64,000 nt of DNA from Phycisphaerales bacterium (GTDB taxonomy: Bacteria > Planctomycetota > Phycisphaerae > Phycisphaerales > UBA1924), in NCBI GenBank assembly GCA_965227775.1, contig OZ245777.1:256001-320000 (forward strand). Reading direction: 5' to 3'. Below the pieces are notes generated by a model. That model saw only the letters and a program-made list of their open reading frames with translations. It did not search any database and was not told where the DNA came from. How positions within the stretch are numbered: the stretch's first letter is position 1; each line of letters begins with the position of its first letter. Positions 29,201 to 37,106 of this stretch are shown here, piece after piece. Made by a program: the position numbers and the translations under genes.

Positions 29201-29442
29201 TCAAGGGCTTCCGCAGTAACAAGGCCGACCAGCTGCGGGCGTACCTCGCGGAACAAGGCCTGCTGCCCGACGCTTTGCCCCTCACGAGGGCAGAATTGCT
29301 CGCCGAGGCGCTAATGGGCGATGTTATAGGTACTTCCAACCAGGATGCATCCCCCATGCTCGCCATGGCGAAGGGCATGTTGGACGTGCTCGACACGGTC
29401 GGCACGTCCGATGGTGAAGCGCTAGCGGAACAGCGAGCGTAA
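26287..29442 (+). CDS. YhaN-type SMC/Rad50-like ATPase with central TM hairpin and C-terminal extension
   Basis: Walker A GRNESGKST, long coiled coils, signature LSTGT, Walker B LILDE; TGATG coupling to the nuclease gene. Confidence 0.9.
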   Translation: MRVRRVEIISSAGIDAAFAIEDFDAQLTVIEGRNESGKSTLAGAIRALLWPERHHHLRARGIFEAAGSTHRSFVDAHAGGWQGEEPTLPDESAGRGIIVGIGDLWADDAHDEAIRQAMTRELHGGFDLRSLHEAARAKTPTAAKREAEQAERRLGTARSEATALMARESRLPELRERARACRERAAKGDTARHAIERLDAIATLTDLRAQLARIPPGSLRVNGDEDQRLREIAGQIEDESAAIEHERTTAAESRDQLDGLALPADGIDEGDLAALATLESELLGLDRQRVEAQRRVEELQAAIDATPASMRSLDDHSMGKLEAALNKAHEARERRSRDRAAAEAPSQATAPGTTRPLIVITIALVVLAGMAAGFERAWIALALSAASLVSGLVLFVRTQPSPDRSNDTESVADRSDAAYQAAIEEVRTIAGDDESMLSTLAIATAADRAKRLDAKQLDLHAARAGVESIRSQQGDALRRALDLLSRYGHAECEGIGDLSRMRADVERRGREHERLTRVTLEANRLREQAEQRLARATQQRSALLERIGLAEDCPHELSEWLRLRDEAHALRDQIRRHEAVLERLDAAIADAPELLELDRTALEERSRACEAAANEADELREQIGEIEGQIRIARSKADVGEALADLERAAERVAAVRGEECAKAARRLILEHAVASVQGDDVPAIVRHADQWLARFTANAYGLRIEQGQPVVYDLRSGREKEYDELSTGTRAQALLAMRLAGAMDAERRAGVSPLPLILDEPLATTDDARFEAVCQSVFELAREGRQLVYLTCDPGHAARLERLSNEHALSCTRLNLDEIRGRHAAARVPASALLEHKPGPSPETMSREAYLGAIGVGPLDPWRGVETVDLYYVLRDDLATLHALRQREVSTVGQLLARPELVDRPEIIDACRCAQRLITVWRRGRSRPVTPRDILDSGAVSERYIDAAIELNDAVGRSASALLEAIDRGEIKGFRSNKADQLRAYLAEQGLLPDALPLTRAELLAEALMGDVIGTSNQDASPMLAMAKGMLDVLDTVGTSDGEALAEQRA

Positions 29443-29609
29443 TCCTCACGACGCGCGAGCCCGGCACGTCGCGGCAATGGCCGAGGCGTGGGCTCGTGGT
29501 ACTTTGATGCGGCGGGCACACCCGCCACCGGCTCTTCCGATCAAATGCCAAACGCAGACCAGTCTGCCAGAGGCGACAAGCCCGGACCGAGCCATCCAGG
29601 GAGGTTTCG

Positions 29610-32450
29610 ATGATGCATTCGAAGATGGGATTGATGCTGGCGTGCGGCCTTGCCGTCGGCTTGGCGTCGACGCTTACGCTCGCCGACGAGGCGCTCGAGG
29701 GACCGGCGGTTTCGCTGCAGGCCTCCAGCGGCGACCACCCCACGCTCGCGTTCAATGGCAAGCCATTCCACGACGCATCAGGCGCCGTCGTCGATCTCGA
29801 GCAAGCCCAGGTGCCCGGCAGCGATGCCGTGCTGATCGCCTGGAAGGAATTGACGGCTCGCGGTGAGGTCGGCTACAGCGCCATCTCGCTGCGCGGCGAC
29901 CGCATCGACCGCGTCTCCGAGACCGACAACACCATCCATCTTCGCTACGCGGAATTCGATCCTGACGTGTTCACGCCCGCCGTGCCGGCCGATCTTTCGG
30001 CCGCTGCGGGCAACGACGCGTACATCGTGCAGTTCATCGGCCAGCCGGTGTGGGCCGCCGACAAGGCTCTCGAGGCCGCGGGCGCGGCGATCCTTCGCCC
30101 GCTGCACGACCACGCCCGCATCGTTCGCATGGATGCCACCGCGAAGGCCGCGGTCGAGGCCATGGGCATCGTCCGCTGGGTGGGCGCTTACCACCCGGCG
30201 TACAAGCTTGAGGAAGAGATCCTCCAGCCGATGATGCTCGGCGGTTCGTTCGCCGACTTCGGCGCACGCTACTCGATCGAGTTGCTCACCGATGGCGATG
30301 CCGCGATGGACCGCATGGTGCAGCGCATCCAGGAGATTGGCGCGACTGTGGAACTGACCGTACCGCAGGTCGGCCGCCTCGAGGCAACACTGACACCCGC
30401 GCAGATCCGCATGGTCGTGGCAAACAGCGACGTGCTCTTTATGGATCGCTGGCAGGCGCCCGAGACCGACATGAGCATCGCCCGCTCCATCGGTGGTGCC
30501 AACTACATCGAGGGCATCACCGGCTTCTCGGGCGAGGGCGTCCGTGCTGAGGTGATGGACAGCGGCATCCGCCAGGATCACCAGGAGTTCTCGACCAACC
30601 CGCCGCTGATGCACACCAGCTCGGGCGTCGATAGCCACGGCACCAGCACGTACAGCATCAACTTCGCGCGTGGAGCCTCTGGCGCAGCCCGCGGCATGGT
30701 GCCCGATGCACAGGGCATCTTCGCCAGCTACAACTTCACTGGAAACCGCTATGCGCACACCGCGCAGCTCATCAATCCCTCGCTGCCGTACCGCGCCGTG
30801 TACCAGTCCAACAGCTGGGGCAGTGGCCTGACCACGACCTACACGACCAGCAGCAGCGAGATGGACCGCATCATCTTCGATCAGGACATCCTGATCACGC
30901 AGAGCCAGTCGAACCAGGGCAGCCAGCAGTCTCGTCCGCAGGCGTGGGCCAAGAACATCGTGTCGGTCGGTGGCGTGTTCCACCGCAACACGCTGTCGAA
31001 GGCAGATGACTGCTGGTGCGGCGGCGCCAGCCGTGGGCCCGCATCGGACGGCCGCGTAAAGCCCGACCTCACCCACTTTTACGACTTCACCCGCGCGGCA
31101 ACGAGTTCGAGCCGCACGGCCTACACCGAGTTCAGCGGCACGAGCGGCGCAACGCCGATCGTGGCCGGCCACTTCGGCCTGCTCTTCCAGATGTGGGGCG
31201 AGGGTGTGTTTAACAACCCGACCTCGGGCGGCGATGTGTTCGAAGAGAAGCCTCGCTTCACGACCGCCAAGGCCATGATGATCGCCTCTGCCGAACCGTA
31301 CAACTTCACCGGTACGAGCATCGCCAACGACAAGGCCCGAGCCAAGCAGGGCTGGGGTATGCCTGACCTGCGATCGCTCTATGACAGCCGCGATGAGGTC
31401 TTCATCGTCGACGAAGCCGACGTGATTGAAGAACTTGAGACGGCAGTCTACCCGCTCAAGGTCTCCGCTGGCACGCCCGCGCTGCGTACGACGCTGACGT
31501 GGGCCGACCGCCAAGGCACGACCTCGAGCACCGTGCACCGCATCAACAACCTCGACCTGAAGGTGACCTCGCCCAGCGGCCAGGTCTATTGGGGCAACAA
31601 CGGCCTCAACGGCGGCATCTGGAGCACGGCGGGCGGCTCGGCCAACACGGTCGACACCGTTGAAAACGTGTTCGTGCAGAACCCCGAGGCCGGCACGTGG
31701 ACCGTCGAGGTCATCGCCGCCGACCTCAATACCGACGGCCACCGCGAGACCTCGACCCGCGACGCAGACTTCGCGCTCGTCGTCATGGGCACCGACGGTC
31801 TGGCCGCCGCCTTCGAGCTCCCGTTTGAGGATGACTTCCCGAGCCTCACGCTCGACACCGAGAAGTGGACCGAGGTCTCGGGCAGCATCGCGCCCACGAC
31901 GCTCGGCCTCAACCCGCCGAGCGAGCCCTACAGCGTCCTGCTGTTCAACGACTCGACGCTCTCTTCGGCGCGGATCAACGCTCCGTCGTCGCTGCTGCCC
32001 GATATGCCCGTCGAGGTCGCCTTCCACAGCCAGCACCGCGGCGTTGAGAGCGGCAAGGTACTCGACGTGGACTACTTCAGCAGCTTCCTGGGCGAGTGGC
32101 GCGACCTGACCGAGATCGTCTCCAACGGCGTCGACCAGTCGACCTTCGTCGCCAGCGCGATCGAGATCCCGCTGGATGCGTACGGCGATGGTTTCCGTGT
32201 CCGCTTCAGCACGCCGGGCAGCGATGCCTCGGATCAGTGGTACATCGACGACATCGCCGTTCGGGTCATCAGCGACGACCCGACCTGCCGAGCCGACATG
32301 GACGGCGACGGGGAGCTGACCATCTTCGACTTCCTCGAGTTCCAGAACCTGTTCGCTTCGGGCGATCCGCTCGCGGACTTCGACGGTGACGGCCAGCTCA
32401 ACATCTTCGACTTCCTCGCGTTCCAGAACGAGTTTGCCGCTGGCTGCTGA
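29610..32450 (+). CDS. Secreted S8 subtilisin-like serine peptidase with GC-type dockerin
   Basis: Catalytic triad MDSG, SHGT, FSGTSGATP; SNSWG; RVKPD; C-terminal CRADMDGDGELTIFDFLEFQNLF...AAGC. Confidence 0.94.
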   Translation: MMHSKMGLMLACGLAVGLASTLTLADEALEGPAVSLQASSGDHPTLAFNGKPFHDASGAVVDLEQAQVPGSDAVLIAWKELTARGEVGYSAISLRGDRIDRVSETDNTIHLRYAEFDPDVFTPAVPADLSAAAGNDAYIVQFIGQPVWAADKALEAAGAAILRPLHDHARIVRMDATAKAAVEAMGIVRWVGAYHPAYKLEEEILQPMMLGGSFADFGARYSIELLTDGDAAMDRMVQRIQEIGATVELTVPQVGRLEATLTPAQIRMVVANSDVLFMDRWQAPETDMSIARSIGGANYIEGITGFSGEGVRAEVMDSGIRQDHQEFSTNPPLMHTSSGVDSHGTSTYSINFARGASGAARGMVPDAQGIFASYNFTGNRYAHTAQLINPSLPYRAVYQSNSWGSGLTTTYTTSSSEMDRIIFDQDILITQSQSNQGSQQSRPQAWAKNIVSVGGVFHRNTLSKADDCWCGGASRGPASDGRVKPDLTHFYDFTRAATSSSRTAYTEFSGTSGATPIVAGHFGLLFQMWGEGVFNNPTSGGDVFEEKPRFTTAKAMMIASAEPYNFTGTSIANDKARAKQGWGMPDLRSLYDSRDEVFIVDEADVIEELETAVYPLKVSAGTPALRTTLTWADRQGTTSSTVHRINNLDLKVTSPSGQVYWGNNGLNGGIWSTAGGSANTVDTVENVFVQNPEAGTWTVEVIAADLNTDGHRETSTRDADFALVVMGTDGLAAAFELPFEDDFPSLTLDTEKWTEVSGSIAPTTLGLNPPSEPYSVLLFNDSTLSSARINAPSSLLPDMPVEVAFHSQHRGVESGKVLDVDYFSSFLGEWRDLTEIVSNGVDQSTFVASAIEIPLDAYGDGFRVRFSTPGSDASDQWYIDDIAVRVISDDPTCRADMDGDGELTIFDFLEFQNLFASGDPLADFDGDGQLNIFDFLAFQNEFAAGC

Positions 32451-32480
32451 TCGGCTAGAACGCTGACAAGGCAAATCGAC

Positions 32481-32508
32481 GCAGAGCCCGGCATTGTCCG
32501 GGCTCTGC
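32481..32508 (+). terminator. Hairpin after the S8 peptidase gene
   Basis: GCAGAGCCCGG-CATTGT-CCGGGCTCTGC, 11-bp stem. Confidence 0.7.
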
Positions 32509-32710
32509 TCGTTCACGGTCCGGGCGCTGATCTTCCAGTCTTCACGAGCACGCTCCGCGGCCCACACAGCCCGCCCGTTGTCCGTCATCCTCGCAACGCA
32601 CCCATGGGAGTTCGCGCTCAACCGCCAGTACTGCGGCCATTGCTACGACGCGGTGGCACGCCTGGATGAGCTCGAAGCGACAGTCGCCACGTGCATCGTC
32701 ACGCCTTGCC

Positions 32711-32803
32711 GTGCCGTGCCAAGCCGACTTCGACTTCGATGGCGCGCTGATCATCTTCGACTTGTCGGCCTTCCAGAGCGTGTTCGACGCGGTCTACGAG
32801 TAG
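32711..32803 (+). pseudogene. Degenerate single dockerin repeat (gene remnant)
   Basis: Translates VPCQADFDFDGALIIFDLSAFQSVFDAVYE*, matching one dockerin repeat of the two intact genes but lacking the terminal GC, the second repeat and an N-terminus. Confidence 0.75.
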
Positions 32804-32822
32804 CGGACTTCCGCTCAACCGC

Positions 32823-32850
32823 TTGACTCCTTCGAGCCGATGGGAATCAT
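32823..32850 (+). promoter_or_regulatory. Sigma70-type promoter for the lys leader
   Basis: TTGACT (32823-32828), 16-nt spacer, AATCAT (32845-32850); the predicted start site falls at or next to ATG 32858. Confidence 0.55.
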
Positions 32851-32857
32851 TGAATTC

Positions 32858-32941
32858 ATGTCCAGCCGCCACGCCATCTCCTGCAAAGCCAAAGCCAAGG
32901 GAACCAAACCCTCCGGCGATGGTCGCGTGCGCGTCCGCTAG
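32858..32941 (+). CDS. Lys-rich leader peptide (27 aa) of the lysW operon
   Basis: MSSRHAISCKAKAKGTKPSGDGRVRVR*; 4 Lys in 8 codons, three of them AAA; followed by a terminator. Confidence 0.8.
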   Translation: MSSRHAISCKAKAKGTKPSGDGRVRVR

Positions 32942-32964
32942 CTCCCCCTTGTAAGCACAATTGC

Positions 32965-32998
32965 AAGGCCCGCCGGAACCACTCCGGCGAGCCTTTTT
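32965..32998 (+). terminator. Attenuator terminator upstream of lysW
   Basis: AAGGC-C-CGCCGGA-ACCAC-TCCGGCG-A-GCCTT then a T-run, ending 36 nt before the lysW ATG. Confidence 0.85.
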
Positions 32999-33034
32999 CG
33001 TCGTGTTTTCCTGCATTTTCGAAGGAGTATCACC

Positions 33035-33259
33035 ATGTCCCAAGTCGCTCAGCAAGCTATCACCCCCACCGCCACACCTGCCACCGAGACCATCACGGCC
33101 ACGTGCCCCGAGTGCGGCTCGACCATCACATTCGCCCGCGCCCCGCGCCGCCACGAGTTGGTTCGCTGCCCCGATTGTGGGGCCGAGCTCGAGGTCACAA
33201 GCGTCTCGCCCATCACCCTCGCGCTGGCCCCCGAGGTCGAGGAAGACTGGGGCGAATGA
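33035..33259 (+). CDS. lysW: Amino-group carrier protein LysW
   Basis: CPECG...CPDCGAELEV zinc ribbon and C-terminal EEDWGE; AAGGAG SD. Confidence 0.97.
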   Translation: MSQVAQQAITPTATPATETITATCPECGSTITFARAPRRHELVRCPDCGAELEVTSVSPITLALAPEVEEDWGE

Positions 33260-33298
33260 GCAACACCCGCCATCTCGGACGCACGCCGGAGCCACGCC

Positions 33299-34183
33299 AT
33301 GAGACTGACACTGCTGCACACACGCATCCGCGTCGAAGAGCGACTGCTGCTCGACGAACTCGAACGCCGCGGCATCGACACCGAACTCGTGCTCGCCGAC
33401 GAGGCCGTCGTTGACCTCACCCAGCGGCACGAGGCGGCTGATGAGCCGCACGTCGTACTCGATCGGTGCCTGAGCCACAGCAAGGCCCTGGCCATCGTGC
33501 GTGCGTACGAGAGCCGCAGCGCGATCTGCATGAACCCCTCCGGCGTCACGCACGCATGCGGCGACAAGCTACTGACGACACTGTCGCTCACCGACGCAGG
33601 CGTGCCATCACCGCGCACGATCGCGGCGTTCGGGCCGGAGGGCGCCATCCAAGCGGCGGAGCAACTCGGCTACCCGGTGGTCATCAAGCCGTGCGTCGGC
33701 TCGTGGGGACGCATGGTGGGTCGTCTGAATGACCGCGACGCGCTCGAGGCGGTGCTCGAGCACAAGCTGACGCTGGGTGGCCCCCAGCACGGCGTGGTCT
33801 ACCTGCAGGAACTCATCCGCAAGCCCGACCGCGACATCCGCGCCTTCGTCGTGGGCGGGCAGACCATCGCCGCCATCATGCGCTACGGCGATCACTGGAT
33901 CACCAACACCGCGCGGGGCGGGCGGGCGGAGGGACTGCCCGTCTCGCCGGAGTTGGACGATCTGTGCCGTCGCGCCGCAACGGCCGTAGGCGGCACCGAT
34001 GCGAGTCTGCTCGCCGTCGACCTCATGGAGTGCCCGGATCGGGGCCTCGTGGTGTGTGAGGTCAATTCGACGATGGAATTCCGCAACTCCATCGAGACCA
34101 CGGGCGTCGACATCCCGGCCCGCATCATCGACCATGTCGTCCAGATTGCCGAGGCGGCAGACGCCCGGGCGGTGGTGGCATGA
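33299..34183 (+). CDS. lysX: LysW-alpha-aminoadipate ligase LysX (RimK/ATP-grasp)
   Basis: RVEERLL, KPCVGSWGR, RDIRAFVVG, HWITNTARGG, EVNSTMEFRN. Confidence 0.93.
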   Translation: MRLTLLHTRIRVEERLLLDELERRGIDTELVLADEAVVDLTQRHEAADEPHVVLDRCLSHSKALAIVRAYESRSAICMNPSGVTHACGDKLLTTLSLTDAGVPSPRTIAAFGPEGAIQAAEQLGYPVVIKPCVGSWGRMVGRLNDRDALEAVLEHKLTLGGPQHGVVYLQELIRKPDRDIRAFVVGGQTIAAIMRYGDHWITNTARGGRAEGLPVSPELDDLCRRAATAVGGTDASLLAVDLMECPDRGLVVCEVNSTMEFRNSIETTGVDIPARIIDHVVQIAEAADARAVVA

Positions 34184-35208
34184 GCATCCGGGTAGGCATC
34201 GTCGGCGGCGCGGGATTCACGGGAGGAGAGCTTCTTCGTTTGCTGGCCGTGCACCCGCAGGCCACCGTCACCTGGGCCACCTCGCGCGGTCGGGCGGGAT
34301 GGCCGATCTCGTCTGTGCATCCCAACCTCCGCGGCGTGCTCGACCTGGCGTTCATCGATCCAGAGGAGATCGACCGCGTCGACGTCGTCTTCCTCTGCCT
34401 GCCGCACGGCGAGACGGCCGGCAGCATCGAGCGATACGCGGCGCTCGCCTACCGCGTGATTGACCTCAGCAGCGACTTCCGTCTCCGGGACCCTGACCTC
34501 TATGAACGAACTTACGGCCAGCCGCACACAGCCCCGGACTGGCTCGACCGGTTCGTCTACGGCCTGCCCGAGGTCTACCGCGACCAACTCAGCGACGCGC
34601 GCTACATCAGTGGTGTTGGTTGCAACGCGACGGCCATGAACCTCGCGCTGCTGCCGCTCGCCCGCGCGGGCGTCATCGACCGAGTGATCGCCGACGTCAA
34701 GGTCGGCTCAAGCGAGTCCGGCGCCGAGCCGAGCGCCGCGAGCAACCACGCCGAACGCAGAAACGCCCTGCGCACGTTTGCTCCGGTCTCACACCGCCAC
34801 GCGGCCGAGGTCGAGCAGGCTTGCGGCGACTTCCCGCTGCACGTCACCGCGACCACCACCGACCTCGTGCGCGGCGTACTGGCAACATGCCACGTGCTGA
34901 CCAATCGCGAGCTCTCTGATAAGGACGCTTGGCAGCTCTACAGAGACACGTACGGCAACGATCCGTTCGTTCGCATAGTGCGCGAGCGTCGCGGGCTCTA
35001 CCGCCTGCCCGAGCCCAAGATTCTCGCTGGAACGAACTACGCCGACGTCGGATTCGCGATCGAGCCGGGCGCGAACCGCATCGTGTCACTGTGCGCCATC
35101 GACAACCTCGGAAAGGGCGCCGCCGGCTGCGCTGTCCAGTCCATGAACATTGCCTGCGGCTTCGACGAGGCCGCCGGACTCACATTCCCGGGCCTGCACC
35201 CGGCGTAG
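34180..35208 (+). CDS. lysY: LysW-aminoadipyl-phosphate reductase LysY (ArgC family)
   Basis: GGAGFTGGEL, DLSSDFRL, YGLPE, GVGCNATA, IDNLGKGAAG; context in the lysW operon. Confidence 0.92.
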   Translation: MSIRVGIVGGAGFTGGELLRLLAVHPQATVTWATSRGRAGWPISSVHPNLRGVLDLAFIDPEEIDRVDVVFLCLPHGETAGSIERYAALAYRVIDLSSDFRLRDPDLYERTYGQPHTAPDWLDRFVYGLPEVYRDQLSDARYISGVGCNATAMNLALLPLARAGVIDRVIADVKVGSSESGAEPSAASNHAERRNALRTFAPVSHRHAAEVEQACGDFPLHVTATTTDLVRGVLATCHVLTNRELSDKDAWQLYRDTYGNDPFVRIVRERRGLYRLPEPKILAGTNYADVGFAIEPGANRIVSLCAIDNLGKGAAGCAVQSMNIACGFDEAAGLTFPGLHPA

Positions 35209-35217
35209 GAGCGCACC

Positions 35218-36018
35218 ATGATCGTGATCAAGATCGGTGGAGCCGAGGGCATCGGGCCCGAGCACGCGTGCGACGACATCGTCCATCTCGTTGCCGATGG
35301 CGAGCAGGCCGTCGTCGTCCACGGCGGCTCGCACGAGACCAACACGCTCAGCCAGCGCTTGGGCATCGAGCCCAGGTTCATTACCAGCCCGAGCGGGCAC
35401 TCCAGCCGTTACACCGACGCAGCGGCCATCGATGTCTTCCAGATGGCGTGCCGACGGCTCAACGCCCGCATCGTGGGCATGCTGCGCGAGCGCGGCATCG
35501 ACGCCGTGGGTCTGAGTGGCATCGACGGCGGGCTATGGACCGGCACGCGCAAGGCAGCCATCCGAGCGGTCGACAACGGCGTCACGACCATCATCCGCGA
35601 CGATCACAGCGGCCGGATCGACCGCGTCGACGCCACGATGCTGCGCTCGCTGCTGGCAATCGGCAAGGTCCCCGTGCTCTGCCCGCCGGCCATCAGCCAC
35701 GACCACGAGCCCATCAACGTCGACGCCGATCGGGCCGCAGCGCAAACGGCGGGCGCGATCGATGCGAACACCTTGGTCATCCTCTCCAACGTCCCGGGTC
35801 TGCTGCGCGCATTCCCCGACGAGTCGACGCTGGTGCCGAGCCTTGCCCGAACCGAATTGGACAGCGCCATCGAGCTCGCGCGGGGCCGGATGAAGCGCAA
35901 GATGCTCGCCGCGGGCGAGGCGATCGATGCGGGTGTCGCACGCGTCGTGCTGGCCGACGCGCGCCGGGAGCGCCCCATCCGCCGCGCACTCGAAGGACAA
36001 GGAACCGTGCTGACATGA
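35218..36018 (+). CDS. lysZ: LysW-aminoadipate kinase LysZ
   Basis: VIKIGG, VHGGS, SPSGHSSRYTD, GLSGIDG, NVDADRAA, GRMKRK. Confidence 0.93.
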   Translation: MIVIKIGGAEGIGPEHACDDIVHLVADGEQAVVVHGGSHETNTLSQRLGIEPRFITSPSGHSSRYTDAAAIDVFQMACRRLNARIVGMLRERGIDAVGLSGIDGGLWTGTRKAAIRAVDNGVTTIIRDDHSGRIDRVDATMLRSLLAIGKVPVLCPPAISHDHEPINVDADRAAAQTAGAIDANTLVILSNVPGLLRAFPDESTLVPSLARTELDSAIELARGRMKRKMLAAGEAIDAGVARVVLADARRERPIRRALEGQGTVLT

Positions 36019-37106
36019 ACGCATCGGACCACGACGCTATCGCCCTGCTGCGCGACCTGGTCGGCACGCCCAGCGTCTCAGGACAGGAGTACGAAGCTGT
36101 GCTCTTGCTCGTGCAGCGCATGCATGCCCTTGGTCTAGACGCCCGCATCGACGAGGCCGGCAACGCCGTCGGCGTTATCGGCAGCGATGCGCCCGAAGCG
36201 ACCGAGATCCTGCTGCTGGGCCACATCGACACCGTACCGGGCCAGATCCCCATCCGAATCGAGGACGGCGTGCTCTGGGGTCGCGGGTCGGTCGACGCCA
36301 AGGGCCCGCTGTGCGCTCTCGCCGCCGCCGCTGCGACCGCAAACCTGCCGGAACACACACGACTCGTCGTCATCGGCGCGCTCGGCGAGGAAACACCCTC
36401 GTCGCCCGGCGCGTCGTTCGTCCGAGACAGATACCGCCCGTCCGCCTGCCTCATCGGCGAACCCAGCGGCTGGGATCGCTTTGCCATCGGCTACAAGGGC
36501 CGCCTGCTCGCCCATGCTACGTTCGCGCAAGATTCTGGCCACAGCGCCGGGCCGGTGGGCTCGGTCGCCGAGGCCGCCATCGCGTGGCACCGCCGCGTCA
36601 CCGCGCACGTCGATGAGTGGAACCTGGGCCACGAGGGCAACTTCAATACGGTGCAATCGAGCGTACAGAGCTTCAACACCGGCAGCGATGGGCTTCAGGA
36701 CACCGCAACCGTAACGCTCGGCTTCCGGCTTCCCACGTGGATCGGGCCGAATGACCTCCAAGAGTGCTTGCAACGCATCTCCCCCGATGTTTCTGTTCGC
36801 TTCGAGGGGCACGCCAACGCTCACCGGGGAGATCGCTCGGGACCCATCGCCAGCGCACTGTCGGGCGCCATCGGCTCGCTCGATGGGCGCCCGACCGCGA
36901 CCGTCAAGACCGGTACCAGCGACATGAACACCGTCGCCAACGCCTTCGGCTGCCCCATCGTCGCCTACGGGCCGGGCGACAGCACGCTCGACCACACGCC
37001 GCACGAGAGGTTGGATTTGAGTGAGTACCTCCGCGCCATCGAGGTGCTCCGCCAAGCGATTCCCGAGTTGGCCCTCGCGCTCAGCCCCGCACGCTGCGCG
37101 ACATGA
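36015..37106 (+). CDS. lysK: LysW-lysine hydrolase LysK (M20 family)
   Basis: LLGHIDTVPG, GRGSVDAKGP, GEE, GEPSG, GYKG, KTGTSDMN, YGPGDSTLDHTP; ATGA coupling to lysZ. Confidence 0.93.
   Translation: MNASDHDAIALLRDLVGTPSVSGQEYEAVLLLVQRMHALGLDARIDEAGNAVGVIGSDAPEATEILLLGHIDTVPGQIPIRIEDGVLWGRGSVDAKGPLCALAAAAATANLPEHTRLVVIGALGEETPSSPGASFVRDRYRPSACLIGEPSGWDRFAIGYKGRLLAHATFAQDSGHSAGPVGSVAEAAIAWHRRVTAHVDEWNLGHEGNFNTVQSSVQSFNTGSDGLQDTATVTLGFRLPTWIGPNDLQECLQRISPDVSVRFEGHANAHRGDRSGPIASALSGAIGSLDGRPTATVKTGTSDMNTVANAFGCPIVAYGPGDSTLDHTPHERLDLSEYLRAIEVLRQAIPELALALSPARCAT

Noticed and set aside
20978..32803. Accessory block considered as a mobile element or prophage
   Set aside because: No integrase, transposase, phage gene, tRNA target or flanking direct repeat seen.
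34929..36014. Apparent 725-aa N-terminally extended LysK
   Set aside because: The extension is an off-frame reading of lysY/lysZ; the real start is ATG 36015, coupled to the lysZ stop.
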